This document shows, piece by piece, positions 13,203 to 23,834 of a DNA stretch of 64,000 nt (position 1 is the first letter of the stretch; every line of letters starts with the position of its first letter). The DNA comes from Rebecca billardiae RCC1528 (Eukaryota; Protista; Haptophyta). The notes under the pieces are model-generated. The model was not told the DNA's origin, did not search any database, and was given only the letters and a program-made list of their open reading frames with translations. Location of the stretch: contig OZ251227.1 of NCBI GenBank assembly GCA_965240325.2, positions 2,356,001 to 2,420,000 on the forward strand, written 5' to 3'. A program made the translations under genes and the position numbers.

Positions 13203-15770
13203 TTAATCATAGGCATCCGGAGCAGGAATATCCAGGAAATGGATACGCTCCTTGGGAAATTTGTTGGCTCCCTTGTTTTTGCCTTTGTTGTAATTGTTGG
13301 CCTTGGGGCGTAGCTCTGGGTGGAGCTTCCAACACTGCTGGGCAGTATGGTTCTTGAGACCACAGTGAGTGCACCGTTTGCCGGTGTCCGAGTTATTCGG
13401 CCCGCTCTCGCCATTGGCTGGAGCCTTTTGGGCCTGAGCGGCGAAGACTTCGGCGCCCTCAAAGTCACCGCGTCGCCGCGTGCCTTGCTGATAATCAGCA
13501 TTTTGGCGTATCTTGGAATAATTTTCGGTCTCTCTCCCCTTGGTATTGTTCTGATGGAGTAGCTTCATTGAGCCGTGCCGTTTGTAGGCATCTTCCATCT
13601 GGGCCATTATCTGGTCAGTGTTATCCACACATTGCTCGGGCGTGAGCGCTCCGAAGTGCGAGATAACTGACTCGTAGACTTGGGGATGGTCGTGCATGCT
13701 GTTATACAGCTTGAAGACCAACATCGTAGCATCGTCCAGATTCCCATATCGAGATGAGCGGACTTGCTCGACGGATTTCTTGATAATGTCCGATGCGCCA
13801 ATGGGCGACACCTTTGTCGGGTATAACTTCAGGAATTCATCCCTGAGTTCGGACATAGTTGTGATCTTGAGCTCGCGCTCAAATATCTGTAGCAGCAGCG
13901 CCAGATCCAAGTAGTTCTTGGTCGGATCGCTGATGTGCAGCTTCGATTCCAGATAGGCGAATAACTGAGGCTCAATAGAGTCCTTCAGCTGCTTGAATAT
14001 CGCTGCCGCAGATCGATCGTAGACCGATCCGATCTTGTTGGCGTCAGCGTTGTCAGCCTTGTATGGATCGATTTTGGCTGCGTCTTTCACCCATTTGTCT
14101 TTGGCAATGAGTTGAAAGCCGGATAGCTTGCTATCCTTGGGCTCCATTATGTCAGGTGTGACATCTGAGGATTTGCCCTTGTAGTAGGTGCTCACTTCTG
14201 CGAGTGCATCCCGTATCGCGCTGTGTACCGCGCGCTTGGATTTCAGAGCTGACTGTGTCAGCTTGTGTGTGGCGGGTGTATCCACTCCTGCCGAGGATTC
14301 GCGTGCCATGAACACACGTTCCTTCTTGGTTGGATTAGAGTCTGTGACTCCTCCTTCGATGACTATCCAGTCACGTTTCTTCGACTCAAGTGCATTGGTC
14401 GATGTGTCGCGCGCGCTCTGTGGCGATTCGCGCTCTACCTTCGAGCGAGGAGTGACCCTCGTCGAGGCTGTGGTGCCTTCTTTGGGCTTCTTCACGCTCG
14501 TTCTGTCCTGCGGTGGTGCATGTGCATCCGCGGCAGCTTCGGCGGAATACTCTTCCTTGCAAGAGTGTGGCGTTGTGATGGCTGACGCAGCAGATGCATG
14601 CGCATGCGCGTCGCGCTCGCCAACTTGGTTTTGCTGCGGCTTTGCCGTCAAGCAGGTGTATGATGCCCCCCCTGCATCGTATGCGCTTCCTACGTTCGAC
14701 GCGAGTCGATACGTGCCAGACGAGGACTCTGCCGTCTCTGCGGCGGTCATCTCGCGGCTGCTTGTGTCGCTCGTGGCGAGCAGCTCGGCTTCGGAAGCCA
14801 TCGTGAGGCTTGTAGTTTTGGGGTAAACGTATTTGTTTGGGTCAGGCGCATCAACAATAAATGCGGCCGCTGACTTAATGCTTGAGCTCGCTGTGACAGA
14901 GTCACGCGTCGTCGCATCTTGGAGCATAGTTTGCTCTGCCAGACCATACAGGTCGTTTGAGTCGCACTCATCGGTGCTAATGTCATCGTTCGATCGGTCA
15001 GACTCAGACACAGAGTCGTGCGAGCGAGGCTGCAGACTGACTGCGGTCACGACCGCGCTGTCATTGGCGGCGGCCAGAAGGCCAGCACGCCGAGCAGCGT
15101 TGGCAGGCTCGAGGGCCTCGACGGTCGGAGCGGCATCAGCGGCAGCAGCGTCGAGCGCTACATCTGCCCCGGAACGCTCGGTGACCTCGTTCGATGACTC
15201 GGAGGCCGCAAGGCACTCCTTGAGCTGCGGGCTCTCAGCCGCGCGCTCTTGAACCGCACTCGCGGGCGCAGAGTCCCGGGCGGTAGTTGTTGAGATCCCC
15301 TGCGCAACGACGTGCGTGCGGATGGAGTGGCGCGATGGCGGGGGATGCGAGCGGCAACGCTCCTCCTCACCGCGCTGTGCGCGAACCTCCTCCTCAAGGT
15401 GATCCTTGATGTCGGCTCGAGGCCTTGCGTGCGATGCAGCATTGCGCGCATACGACACGATGCTGCCTGAGTTCAGGTCAGCGATGTTGCCAGGCCCGGA
15501 GGCGCTGGAGATGGGCTTGCGGAGAAGCGTGAGCTTCTCGCCTTGCCGGTTCTTCTCAGCCTGCATGCCCCTCAGGGCAGCGGCGAGGTAGTCTGGCGTG
15601 CGCTTGCGCGCGATCGCCGATGAGCCGCGCGGCATTGCCGCGCGCTCTGCCACGCCTGGCTTCAACCCAATGAGGGGAGCAACTGGGGCGGGCTGATGGC
15701 CGTTCACGTCCTTGCCGCTGTTCTCGTCGTCTCCATCCTTGCCCAAGTTCTCCCAGCACCGTGCTAGCAT
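13203..15770 (-). CDS. gag: Gag polyprotein (~855 aa) with CCHC zinc knuckle and long low-complexity N-terminal extension
   Basis: CTHCGLKNHTAQQC (CX2CX4HX4C) followed by WKLHPELRP, typical of Copia gag; capsid-like helical segment FKQLKDSIEPQLFAYL..IFERE. First in-frame ATG is at 15770; the true start may be downstream. Confidence 0.85.
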   Translation of the reverse strand: MLARCWENLGKDGDDENSGKDVNGHQPAPVAPLIGLKPGVAERAAMPRGSSAIARKRTPDYLAAALRGMQAEKNRQGEKLTLLRKPISSASGPGNIADLNSGSIVSYARNAASHARPRADIKDHLEEEVRAQRGEEERCRSHPPPSRHSIRTHVVAQGISTTTARDSAPASAVQERAAESPQLKECLAASESSNEVTERSGADVALDAAAADAAPTVEALEPANAARRAGLLAAANDSAVVTAVSLQPRSHDSVSESDRSNDDISTDECDSNDLYGLAEQTMLQDATTRDSVTASSSIKSAAAFIVDAPDPNKYVYPKTTSLTMASEAELLATSDTSSREMTAAETAESSSGTYRLASNVGSAYDAGGASYTCLTAKPQQNQVGERDAHAHASAASAITTPHSCKEEYSAEAAADAHAPPQDRTSVKKPKEGTTASTRVTPRSKVERESPQSARDTSTNALESKKRDWIVIEGGVTDSNPTKKERVFMARESSAGVDTPATHKLTQSALKSKRAVHSAIRDALAEVSTYYKGKSSDVTPDIMEPKDSKLSGFQLIAKDKWVKDAAKIDPYKADNADANKIGSVYDRSAAAIFKQLKDSIEPQLFAYLESKLHISDPTKNYLDLALLLQIFERELKITTMSELRDEFLKLYPTKVSPIGASDIIKKSVEQVRSSRYGNLDDATMLVFKLYNSMHDHPQVYESVISHFGALTPEQCVDNTDQIMAQMEDAYKRHGSMKLLHQNNTKGRETENYSKIRQNADYQQGTRRRGDFEGAEVFAAQAQKAPANGESGPNNSDTGKRCTHCGLKNHTAQQCWKLHPELRPKANNYNKGKNKGANKFPKERIHFLDIPAPDAYD

Positions 15771-16081
15771 GTCAGGGAACGCGTCTCGAGGCTTGACGGT
15801 CGCGAGGTCGGTCGACGGCTTCGGCTCTTGCCTTGCGGTGCGGAGCACAACGTGTTCGTGGTGCTCGGCTCATGTTTCCGCGTTCATTCAGAATCATCTG
15901 GAATACTTCGAGATGCCGCCGCCAGCCATGCTGTCCTGCTGTATTTTAGGATGAGGTTCAGGTTGATTTTGGAGGATTTTGTGCGAGCGCCGCCGCAGCG
16001 GTCGCGCCGCCACTGTGTGACTGCGAGTAAAATGTTGGATTGGAAATTGGAAATCACTGTAGATTGGCGATTCCTTTGACA
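15770..16081 (-). repeat. 5' LTR
   Basis: Direct repeat of 12626-12937; followed on the minus strand by the gag ORF. Confidence 0.95.
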
Positions 16082-19000
16082 CCAGTAGTACTTCAGTCTT
16101 CACGAATCGCGCCAGCCCACGAGTTGACACGTTTAATTCGGTGAGCCGAGCAGCCGGCTTGTGTGAGTACATTGGATTGTGTCGGACTTTAGCCTCATAG
16201 CCTGCGGAGAGCAGCACTCTGCCTGCCGTCGCAACTGCCAGCTCGGTCATCGGCTGCTCACAGCTCAGTGACCCAGTACTTCACGAATCGCGCAGCTCAT
16301 CGTGAGCAGCAGCCGGCTTGTGACTTCGGTGCATGAGCCGTGACGGTCCGCGCGGAGCCGAGGCCCGCATCAGTCATGCTGCTCACAGCTGTCAGTGACA
16401 GTGAGTAACGGCGACGCAGCGAGGCAGAGCGGCGCGCAAGATGATGTGACTCATCGATTGCATCAATAATTCCAAGCACACTCGGTCTCGCGGGTCTGTA
16501 GTTAGCCGCCTCACAGCTCGTCTCCACAACGGGGCTGCCGAGCCCGCCGCCGAGCCCGAGCCCGACCGGGCACTCCGGCGCCGGTCACCGAGCCCTTGAA
16601 TCACCGCTATCAGCTGCCTGGCTCACTGCCACTCCGCCACCCACAGCCACCAGTTACCGCCGCCACAATCACCGCTACAGTCCCCCCCGTCGAGCCCGCC
16701 ACCATCACCGCCTACATCGCCGCCGCCAAGCCCGCCGCCGCGCCCACACGGGCACCTGACGAGTGACGTCGCTGCGCACATCGCCGCCACCAAGCCGGCT
16801 GCCATCACCGCCACCATCACAATCGCAGCCCGGACCCCGCCGCCGAGCTCGCTGCTGAGCCCGCTGCCGTCGTAGCCGCCAGCGGTCGCCACCGATGACC
16901 GAGCAGGCAGTTGCAGCGACTCGCTCGGAAACGCACGACTTCGTCCTGCACTAATGCTTCCCGGCGATTTGTCGACTGACGGGAAGCTGGAAAAGACGGC
17001 GGCGTGAGTGTTGGTACCATCGATGTGGAGCATTAGCGTCCGCTTGCATTCGTGCTGAGAAGGGGTACACAAAGCTAGGCCTTCGTCGTGGGTATCCAAT
17101 GTCACTCAACCGACCTTGCTGATCGACCCGACGAGTGTCCGGCGTGAGCGGCACAGCAAACCATTCGTGCGAGCAACGCGGAGGACGGCGCTCGGGGCAA
17201 AGTGAGGCACACTGCCGCTGCGCAGCGGGCCGAGCTCGGCGCATCCTCCGCGGACCGACTCGGCCGAAGCCGCGCCTCACGCCGTGCGCAGCCTCACCGC
17301 CCGAGTCCTCCGCTGATTCCGCTTCGCTCGCACCGAGCCGCCGAGGCAACACTCAAACTACGACCTACCCGGCCTTAGTTAGCTTGCTGCATATTAATCG
17401 GGTTAGAAGGGGCGTATAATTTGAAATACTAATTACCGGTAAGATTCCGTCCAAAAATCCATACGCGTCGTAGCGTTTTGCGCGGCCTCGCGCCTCGCGG
17501 CGCATCCGTCGTCGGCTCGTCCCGTAATAAGAGGCGCGCTGAAAAATATCAGCGTTTCGCTTCGAAGATGCGTCTCTTATTCTTATCATAAGTAAACTGT
17601 AGGCGCGCTGAAAGATGGCGTTTTTGGCGCTTCATTCAAAGATACCGGTCGCCCCATAGGATTTCGATGAGATCTTACATGTGTATTGATCAAGGGGCTT
17701 AACCAAATACCAACCACGATCACACACCCCACTTCAACGGCAGAAGAGCCGATCCACAAACTCTCTTTCCTATACTTGGTGAGCTGTTTCAGGCTCTTAC
17801 AACTCAGACATCTTACCAGCATAGAATGTTCGAACACAAGGGAAGTGTGTTCTGTGCGAACGGCCCACCATATCAGAAAGGTGCAGACGCCTTTGTCCTA
17901 TTTGATTCCGATTTCTTCTATTACTTACTATCCAAGGATTAAGGGGCAGTACAAACGCAATCATGAGCAGCGATATGGACTCAAATGCTGCGGTTTCACA
18001 CCTAAATCCACCTACAAAAATCCCCCAAATCCTGCGCGCATCCTCTTTTTTGATTTTGCGGAGCACGTGCGCCGCCCCCCCCCCCCCCCCCGGCTAGTTC
18101 GCTCACGCTCAGACCTTTCGGGGGGGCCGTGCGCCATAAAGTCGAAATGTACGTAGTCTTTTCGACTCGTAATTATATTATAATATATATTATAATATAT
18201 ATATATATTAACGACGTGGTCGTGTGCAACAGGGCAAGCGTCCGACTAGACTAGAGTAATACGCAAGCTGTACGGCAGCAGATCGACTCACCTTGAATGG
18301 CCCCAGTGGGCGGAAATGGCCACATCTCCCGGAGATCGGGCGTACTCGCACGTGCGAGTAAAGTTTCGTCGGGATTTTCAGCAATTTCATTGGAGGAGGG
18401 TGCCTCACTCTATTGTCCAAACTTGCATTTTCGGGATGTGAAGCTGTCGTATAAGTGTTTCGCCTTGCGGAGTGAGCGCAGCCGCCAATCCGTCCAATGG
18501 GAAGCCAGCTCGGGCTTCGCTCAATGAAAAATGATCACATCGGCCCCCGCGAGCCCCAATAGGAAATAGATGCTCGCTCCGTTCCACTTCGTCGGTATCT
18601 CGCCGTCTCGTGGTGGGCGAGGGGCGGAGCTGAGTGGTTGGGGCTGCGGCGCGGACTGCGATGCTGGGCTGCTGACGTTCTCCGCGCGGGATATCTGAGG
18701 GGCACGCGAGCTGTATGTAGGGCACGCCTTGCAAAAACTCTCCCCGCTGTACGTGCAGGTCATGCTAGCGTCCTCCGCGCCAAAAAAACCTGCTTGTTCT
18801 TGCGCGAGGCCCGAGTCCGCGGCACGGTCGCTGCTCGCCGCAAGCTGGCACGCGTCAGCGTCTACACATTCACGATTCGGTGGTCATCGTGCGCCTGAGG
18901 ACGGGGGCGATCTACTGAGTGCGCTGCTAGATGAGCAGGCCCGCGTAAGGTTAGATCACCCTGCTCCTCACGCCTTGCGCGCACCTTGGGTTGCTTCCGT

Positions 19001-20473
19001 CACGCTTGAGGCGCTTCACGTCGCACGGGTCGGCGTAAGCTGTGTGTGTGATGCAAGCAGACGTCTTCCAAGCCTGGCTTGTACCCGATGGGACAGCATA
19101 CTTCTATCGCCTTCAGCCACCACCTTCTCCGGCGTTCGACGCCCACACTACATGCGACCACAGCCATACGCAGCTCGTCGGGACTCGTCTCCGTTAGCTT
19201 GTCGTTGTGCAAACGCCAAGGCCTGTGACACGCAGGGAAGACTGATTCGCCATGGCATTTGTGCACTGCGTGAAGCATTGACACCAGCGCACGTTCGCCA
19301 GCTAGATTTGCGGGAGCAGAGCGTGCTTTTCTGCAAGGATTCGCACACGTATCACAGAAGTTCAGCAGTCGCGGGCTCGGACTGAAGATCTCTGCACCGT
19401 CGCTTGGCCGTGAGTGACAGGAACAGGCGAGGAGCTCCCACGGTGCTGGCGCACAACATGCCGTGACAGCGGGGGGCACACACATGGCGCGTACGCTGAC
19501 ACAACCGCGCGGACGACCGGGCTAGGCGCCACTGATCGGCCGCCCTCGTGCAAGGCACCGGCGGACTTCGCGGCCGGAACGCCATCGGGACAGCCGTCCC
19601 TCGTTTCGGCCGCCAGATAGTCTTTCGCCTTCTTCACTAATCTGGCAGCCTGGCCTATCGCCATGACAGCAGCTGTGCTGATGAACGTATAGGCTTAGCT
19701 GTGCGACGCTTGCTTGCGCCTGACCACTGACTTGATGTGCCCGGACGTTCAGTGTCCGGCTCAGCCGGGGCGGCTGCAGATTAGTAAGTTACCACGAGCC
19801 TTCGGTCGTTTTCACCACAAAACTCTAAACATTGACTGGCCAAGTACTAGTACTAGATTCGCAATCGTGCGGCCAAAAACGGGGCTGGGGGGCAGTCAAG
19901 GTGATCGAGCTGAGAGTGAGCAGAGTGACAACTACTGGCACCAGGATCAGCGCCTCGGCCTCGCCGTCGTCCCCCCCCCCCCTCGTAGTCGCCCATCACT
20001 CCATCGCCGAGCGGAAGCTCGACGCACCGTCTGGCGTCGACGCGCACGCGCCACCGCGGTGGTCGCGGTCGGCCACGCGTCGTCAGCCGTCGTCTCTGAC
20101 GGACTGAAGTAGTCGTCGTATTAGCCAGCGCGCCCCAGCGCCCCCGCGGGCGCGTGCCCCCGCGGGCCGGCACGTACCGCCATGCGCGCGCGGGCGATGA
20201 GCATCTTGGCCTGGCCACGCAGGCAGCGCATGCCCCGCAGCTCGCGCCGCATGGTGCCGAGCCGACGAGCACTGCTCAGTCAAGTGACTCAGTGACTAGC
20301 TCCGACGGCTGAGCGCTGCAGCGCGCGCTCGGGAGTCGGGCTCGGCGGCGGGGCGCGAGGGCGCGCTGAGGCGCGCGCGCCACGTGTCCCGCGCCCCATC
20401 TTGGCGATCTCACTTGAGGGTGAGGTCCACCTCCGCGCTCCACTCGCCGAACGCCCCCACGACATCATCAGTA

Positions 20474-20477
20474 TTAT

Positions 20478-20554
<77 letters not shown>
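20474..20554. repeat. (TA)n microsatellite
   Basis: About 40 near-perfect TA units. Confidence 0.95.
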
Positions 20555-20556
<2 letters not shown>

Positions 20557-20594
20557 GGCGGCTAATTGTTTAATAATTGGCGTTCACTGCTGAC

Positions 20595-21035
20595 TAGTGG
20601 GGTCAGAGCTCCGACCGTTAACTACACTCCCGAGTGACACAATCTCCCGAAATCTCGAAACATGAAATATCTCATCGGTTTGTAACTGACACTGTTTGAG
20701 TCCGTTTAAGTTCGTTTAGGCTTAATTCCAGGGTGTAGAATCCGCCTGTGCCAATTTCAGACTGCCAAAATGTGATCTAGACGGTGCGATTCTGGTGCAA
20801 ATAGCGAGATCACCTTGGAGATCGTGTATCTCCCCTACTAATGTTGCCGAGATCGCGTCGAGATTGAGGTCGTATATCTCCAGTATGTGACATTTTTCCG
20901 CAAAACTTGTCAGCGTGACCCCAGCTCATTATTTCAGGCGAATATTGACATCCCGAAGTTTGAGAGCCTCATCTCAAGACGACAGGAAGTTGGATTTTGG
21001 GCCACGCACCCCCCAGTGGGGCTCTGACCCCTCTA
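20595..21035. mobile_element. 441-bp MITE with 18-bp imperfect TIRs and 9-bp TSD
   Basis: Left end TAGTGGGGTCAGAGCTCC; reverse complement of right end TAGAGGGGTCAGAGCCCC (16/18). ACTGCTGAC flanks both sides (20586-20594, 21036-21044). AT-rich non-coding interior. Confidence 0.85.
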
Positions 21036-21272
21036 ACTGCTGACGAGCGCGGCGCCGTCCTGATTACGCATCACAGTCGGCCGTACCAGCAGTGCTCGCA
21101 CCAGGCGGGCGCCACGCTCCGGGGCGCGCGGTTCGGCGGCCCACAGGCCCGCGCTCGGTCCGCTGCGGTCCGCCTGTCCGCTGCGGCGCAGTGTCGTCCG
21201 GCGCGGTGCCACGGAGCCGCGGCGGGCCAGAGCGACGTCGTCAGGCATGATGCGACGGGTAGGTGTGGATAA

Positions 21273-23834
21273 TCATCTGTTTGCGCCTGCGCCGGAGGCC
21301 CGCATCGCAGCCTGCCTGGCTGCCGCGTCTGCCTGCTTCTTCTGGCGGACCTGCTGTTTGATGATACGGTGGCGGCTGGTCTGCTGCGCCTTGGCGCGCG
21401 CCGCGCCGCCCGGTCCGCCCTCGGCCGCGGCCGCGGCGGCCATGTCCGCGGGCATCTCGAGGTAGTAGTCCGCATCGCCGCCCGAGAGGGCGTTGGCCGG
21501 GCGCATCGTGCGGCGCACGCCGCCGTACAGCCCGATCGCCTTCCCGTCCTCGTCGTCCGCCGCGGCCTCGACCTGGCCCGCCTCGTCATGCGCGCGCAGC
21601 ACCGTCTCGAGCAGCTGGCGCTGCTCCCTGTGCCCCTCGAGCGCGAGGCCTTCGAGCAGCGAGCGCTCGGCCTTGAGCGGCAGGTGGTCGATCACCTCGA
21701 AGTCGTAGCCCTGGTCGATGAGGAACTGCTGCCGCTTCGCCGAGTAGAACATCTCCGACGTGTCGCGCGAGATGAGCGTGTAGAACCACGCGTTGACCAC
21801 GCCGGGCACCGAGCCTTTCTTGGGGCGGAGGATGCGGCCGAGCCGCTGCGCCTCCTGCCGGCGCGCGCCAAAGTGCGAGTTGACCTGGATGATCACGTTG
21901 GCCTCGGGGATGTCGATGGAGGTGTCGCCCACGGCGGAGAGGAAGAGCGTGCGCATCCCCGCGTCCTCGCGGAACGCGCTCAGCGTCGCCTGCCGCTCCT
22001 TCTCCGGCGTGCCGCCGTGTATCATCTTGCGCCCAAACGTGCGTGCGTACGTCTCGAGCGTGAGGATGTTGTCCGAAAAGATGATGATCTTGTCGCCGCG
22101 CGCCTCGTGGTAGCGCATGAGGATCTGGCAGTTGCGCACCTTGCTCGGGTTCATCGCGTACAGCAGCAGCCGCCGCGGCGCGCTCGACGCCTGCAGGTAC
22201 TGCGCGTAGAACTCGGCGCTCATCGGGCACCACACATCCTGGCACTTGACGGTCGCGATCGCGCCGAGCCGCTGCAGGTCGAGCCAGTTCGCCTCATACA
22301 GTTTGGGCCCGATGAGGTAGTTGAGGTCGTCGATCTTCTCGTCCTCGCGCACGAGCGTGGCGGTGAGTCCGAGCTTGGCGTGCGCGCGCACCACCTCGAC
22401 CACGCGGCGGAACGTCGCCGCGGGCGCGACGTGCACCTCGTCGAGCAGCAGCAGGCCCCAGTCGCGCGAGCGGATCGCGCGCATCACCGCCTCCGACTCG
22501 CGCCCGCGCTTGCCGCCAAAGCCGATCATGTGGAAGGTGGTGATGAGCACGCCGGCCTCGCGCACGCGGCCGGCCTCGTCGGGCACGGCGCCGTCCTCCC
22601 AGAGGTGCAGCTCCTCGTCGGGCACGCTGTCGAGCCGCTCGAGCACGCCCGGGTCCCGGAGGATGTGCAGCCGCTTGGACGGTGCGCTGTCCCTGCGACC
22701 GGCGGCGGCGGCGGCGGCGCCGCCGCCGCCGCCGCCGACGCCGCCCCCGCCGACGCCGACGCCGCCGCGACGGCTCGGCGGCGGGTCGTCGATCCACAGG
22801 TTCTTCTCGCCCGCGGTGAAGCGCTCGACGCGGCGCTGGTCCAGGTCCGACCAGCGCAAAAACTCGTTCCGCCACTGCGTGACCGAGACGGCCGACGTGC
22901 AGAGGACGAGTGTCGGCTTCTTCACCGTGTTGGCGGCGGCGATGCCGACGAGCGTCTTGCCCGAGCCGCACGGCAGCACGATGATGCCCGAGCGCGCGCG
23001 ACCGTTGCCGAACATGCGCTGCAGCGCCTTCTCCTGGTAGCTCCGCAGCCGCTCCGTGCCGCGCAGCCCCATCCCGAGCGAGGGCATGTGCGGGTCCACC
23101 CGGTGCGCGTACTCTTCTAGGACCGGCAGGCCGAGCTCGAGGCAGCGCTTCTTGACCGCGGAGACGTGCTCGGAGGAGATCTCGATCGAGGTGTCCGACG
23201 CGGCGAGGTCGTCCTCCACCGCGCCGGCGTCGTCGCCCGTCGCGTGCGCCAGGTCGTCGAAGAGGAGCATGTCCGCCGCGAGGCTGCCGCCGGAGCCGTC
23301 GGCCGCGCTTGCCGCCGCCGCCGCTGCGTCGGCGCTGCTGCCCTCTGTCGCAAGCGCGCGCGCGATCACCTCGTCCTTGAGCAGGATGCCCATCTTGTCG
23401 CGCGAGCGCGCGCAGTCGAGGAAGTACCGCTGCCGCTGCAGCACGAGCTTCACCTTGCCGTACTTGCCCGTGGCCGAGCGGATGAGCGCGATGACGCGCT
23501 CGTCGACGCGCATCTTGGAGAGCTGCTGCAGCTTGGACACAATGTCGTCGGTGCCGAGGCCGATGGACGCGGCGGTGCACAGCGAGTTGTCCGTAATCTG
23601 GTACTCGTGCACGTACTGCGGGCGGCACACGGGCTCGGCGATCGCCACGAGGAAGTCGGACGCCTGCTTGTACACGGGCGAGAAGCTCTCGAGGTACACG
23701 TGGCCATCAGGCGTCACCCACAGCGGCGCGCGCGGGTTGGTGAGCTCGACGCCGGACAGGTCGAGCGGCTGGTTGGGTGCGCCGCCGTCCTCCCCGTCAT
23801 CGCCGGGAGCCGGGCGCGCGCGCTTCGCCGGCAT
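21273..23834 (-). CDS. XPB: TFIIH/NER 3'-5' DNA helicase XPB (ERCC3/SSL2), apparently intronless, ~853 aa
   Basis: PLWVTPDGHVYLESFSPVYKQASDFLVAIAEPVCRP, LRSYQEKAL..MFGNGRARSGIIVLPCGSGKT, LLDEVH, LGLTATLVRED, SHFGARRQEAQRLGRILR. Confidence 0.97.
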   Translation of the reverse strand: MPAKRARPAPGDDGEDGGAPNQPLDLSGVELTNPRAPLWVTPDGHVYLESFSPVYKQASDFLVAIAEPVCRPQYVHEYQITDNSLCTAASIGLGTDDIVSKLQQLSKMRVDERVIALIRSATGKYGKVKLVLQRQRYFLDCARSRDKMGILLKDEVIARALATEGSSADAAAAAASAADGSGGSLAADMLLFDDLAHATGDDAGAVEDDLAASDTSIEISSEHVSAVKKRCLELGLPVLEEYAHRVDPHMPSLGMGLRGTERLRSYQEKALQRMFGNGRARSGIIVLPCGSGKTLVGIAAANTVKKPTLVLCTSAVSVTQWRNEFLRWSDLDQRRVERFTAGEKNLWIDDPPPSRRGGVGVGGGGVGGGGGGAAAAAAGRRDSAPSKRLHILRDPGVLERLDSVPDEELHLWEDGAVPDEAGRVREAGVLITTFHMIGFGGKRGRESEAVMRAIRSRDWGLLLLDEVHVAPAATFRRVVEVVRAHAKLGLTATLVREDEKIDDLNYLIGPKLYEANWLDLQRLGAIATVKCQDVWCPMSAEFYAQYLQASSAPRRLLLYAMNPSKVRNCQILMRYHEARGDKIIIFSDNILTLETYARTFGRKMIHGGTPEKERQATLSAFREDAGMRTLFLSAVGDTSIDIPEANVIIQVNSHFGARRQEAQRLGRILRPKKGSVPGVVNAWFYTLISRDTSEMFYSAKRQQFLIDQGYDFEVIDHLPLKAERSLLEGLALEGHREQRQLLETVLRAHDEAGQVEAAADDEDGKAIGLYGGVRRTMRPANALSGGDADYYLEMPADMAAAAAAEGGPGGAARAKAQQTSRHRIIKQQVRQKKQADAAARQAAMRASGAGANR

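Larger units (their letters stand above)
12626..16081 (-). mobile_element. Gag-only (TR-GAG-like) non-autonomous LTR retrotransposon with Copia-type gag
   Basis: LTRs 12626-12937 and 15770-16081 (312 bp, TG..CA, apparently identical). 5-bp TSD CCAGT at 12621-12625 and 16082-16086. Polypurine tract (minus strand GAGGGGGGG) abuts 12937. Single gag ORF; no PR/IN/RT/RH motifs seen. Confidence 0.93.

Noticed and set aside
15771-15848. ORF-track start of the 881-aa gag inside the LTR
   Set aside because: Non-ATG start; the first in-frame ATG is at 15770.
18540-19700. Cys-rich ORF fragments or transposase remnant
   Set aside because: No recognisable catalytic or zinc-finger spacing; several frames are equally unconvincing.
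21369-23120. Long + strand ORFs antisense to XPB (and similar shadow ORFs over GT77, SDR and others)
   Set aside because: Expected in very GC-rich coding DNA; Arg/Ala-rich with no motifs, and the opposite strand has clear family signatures.
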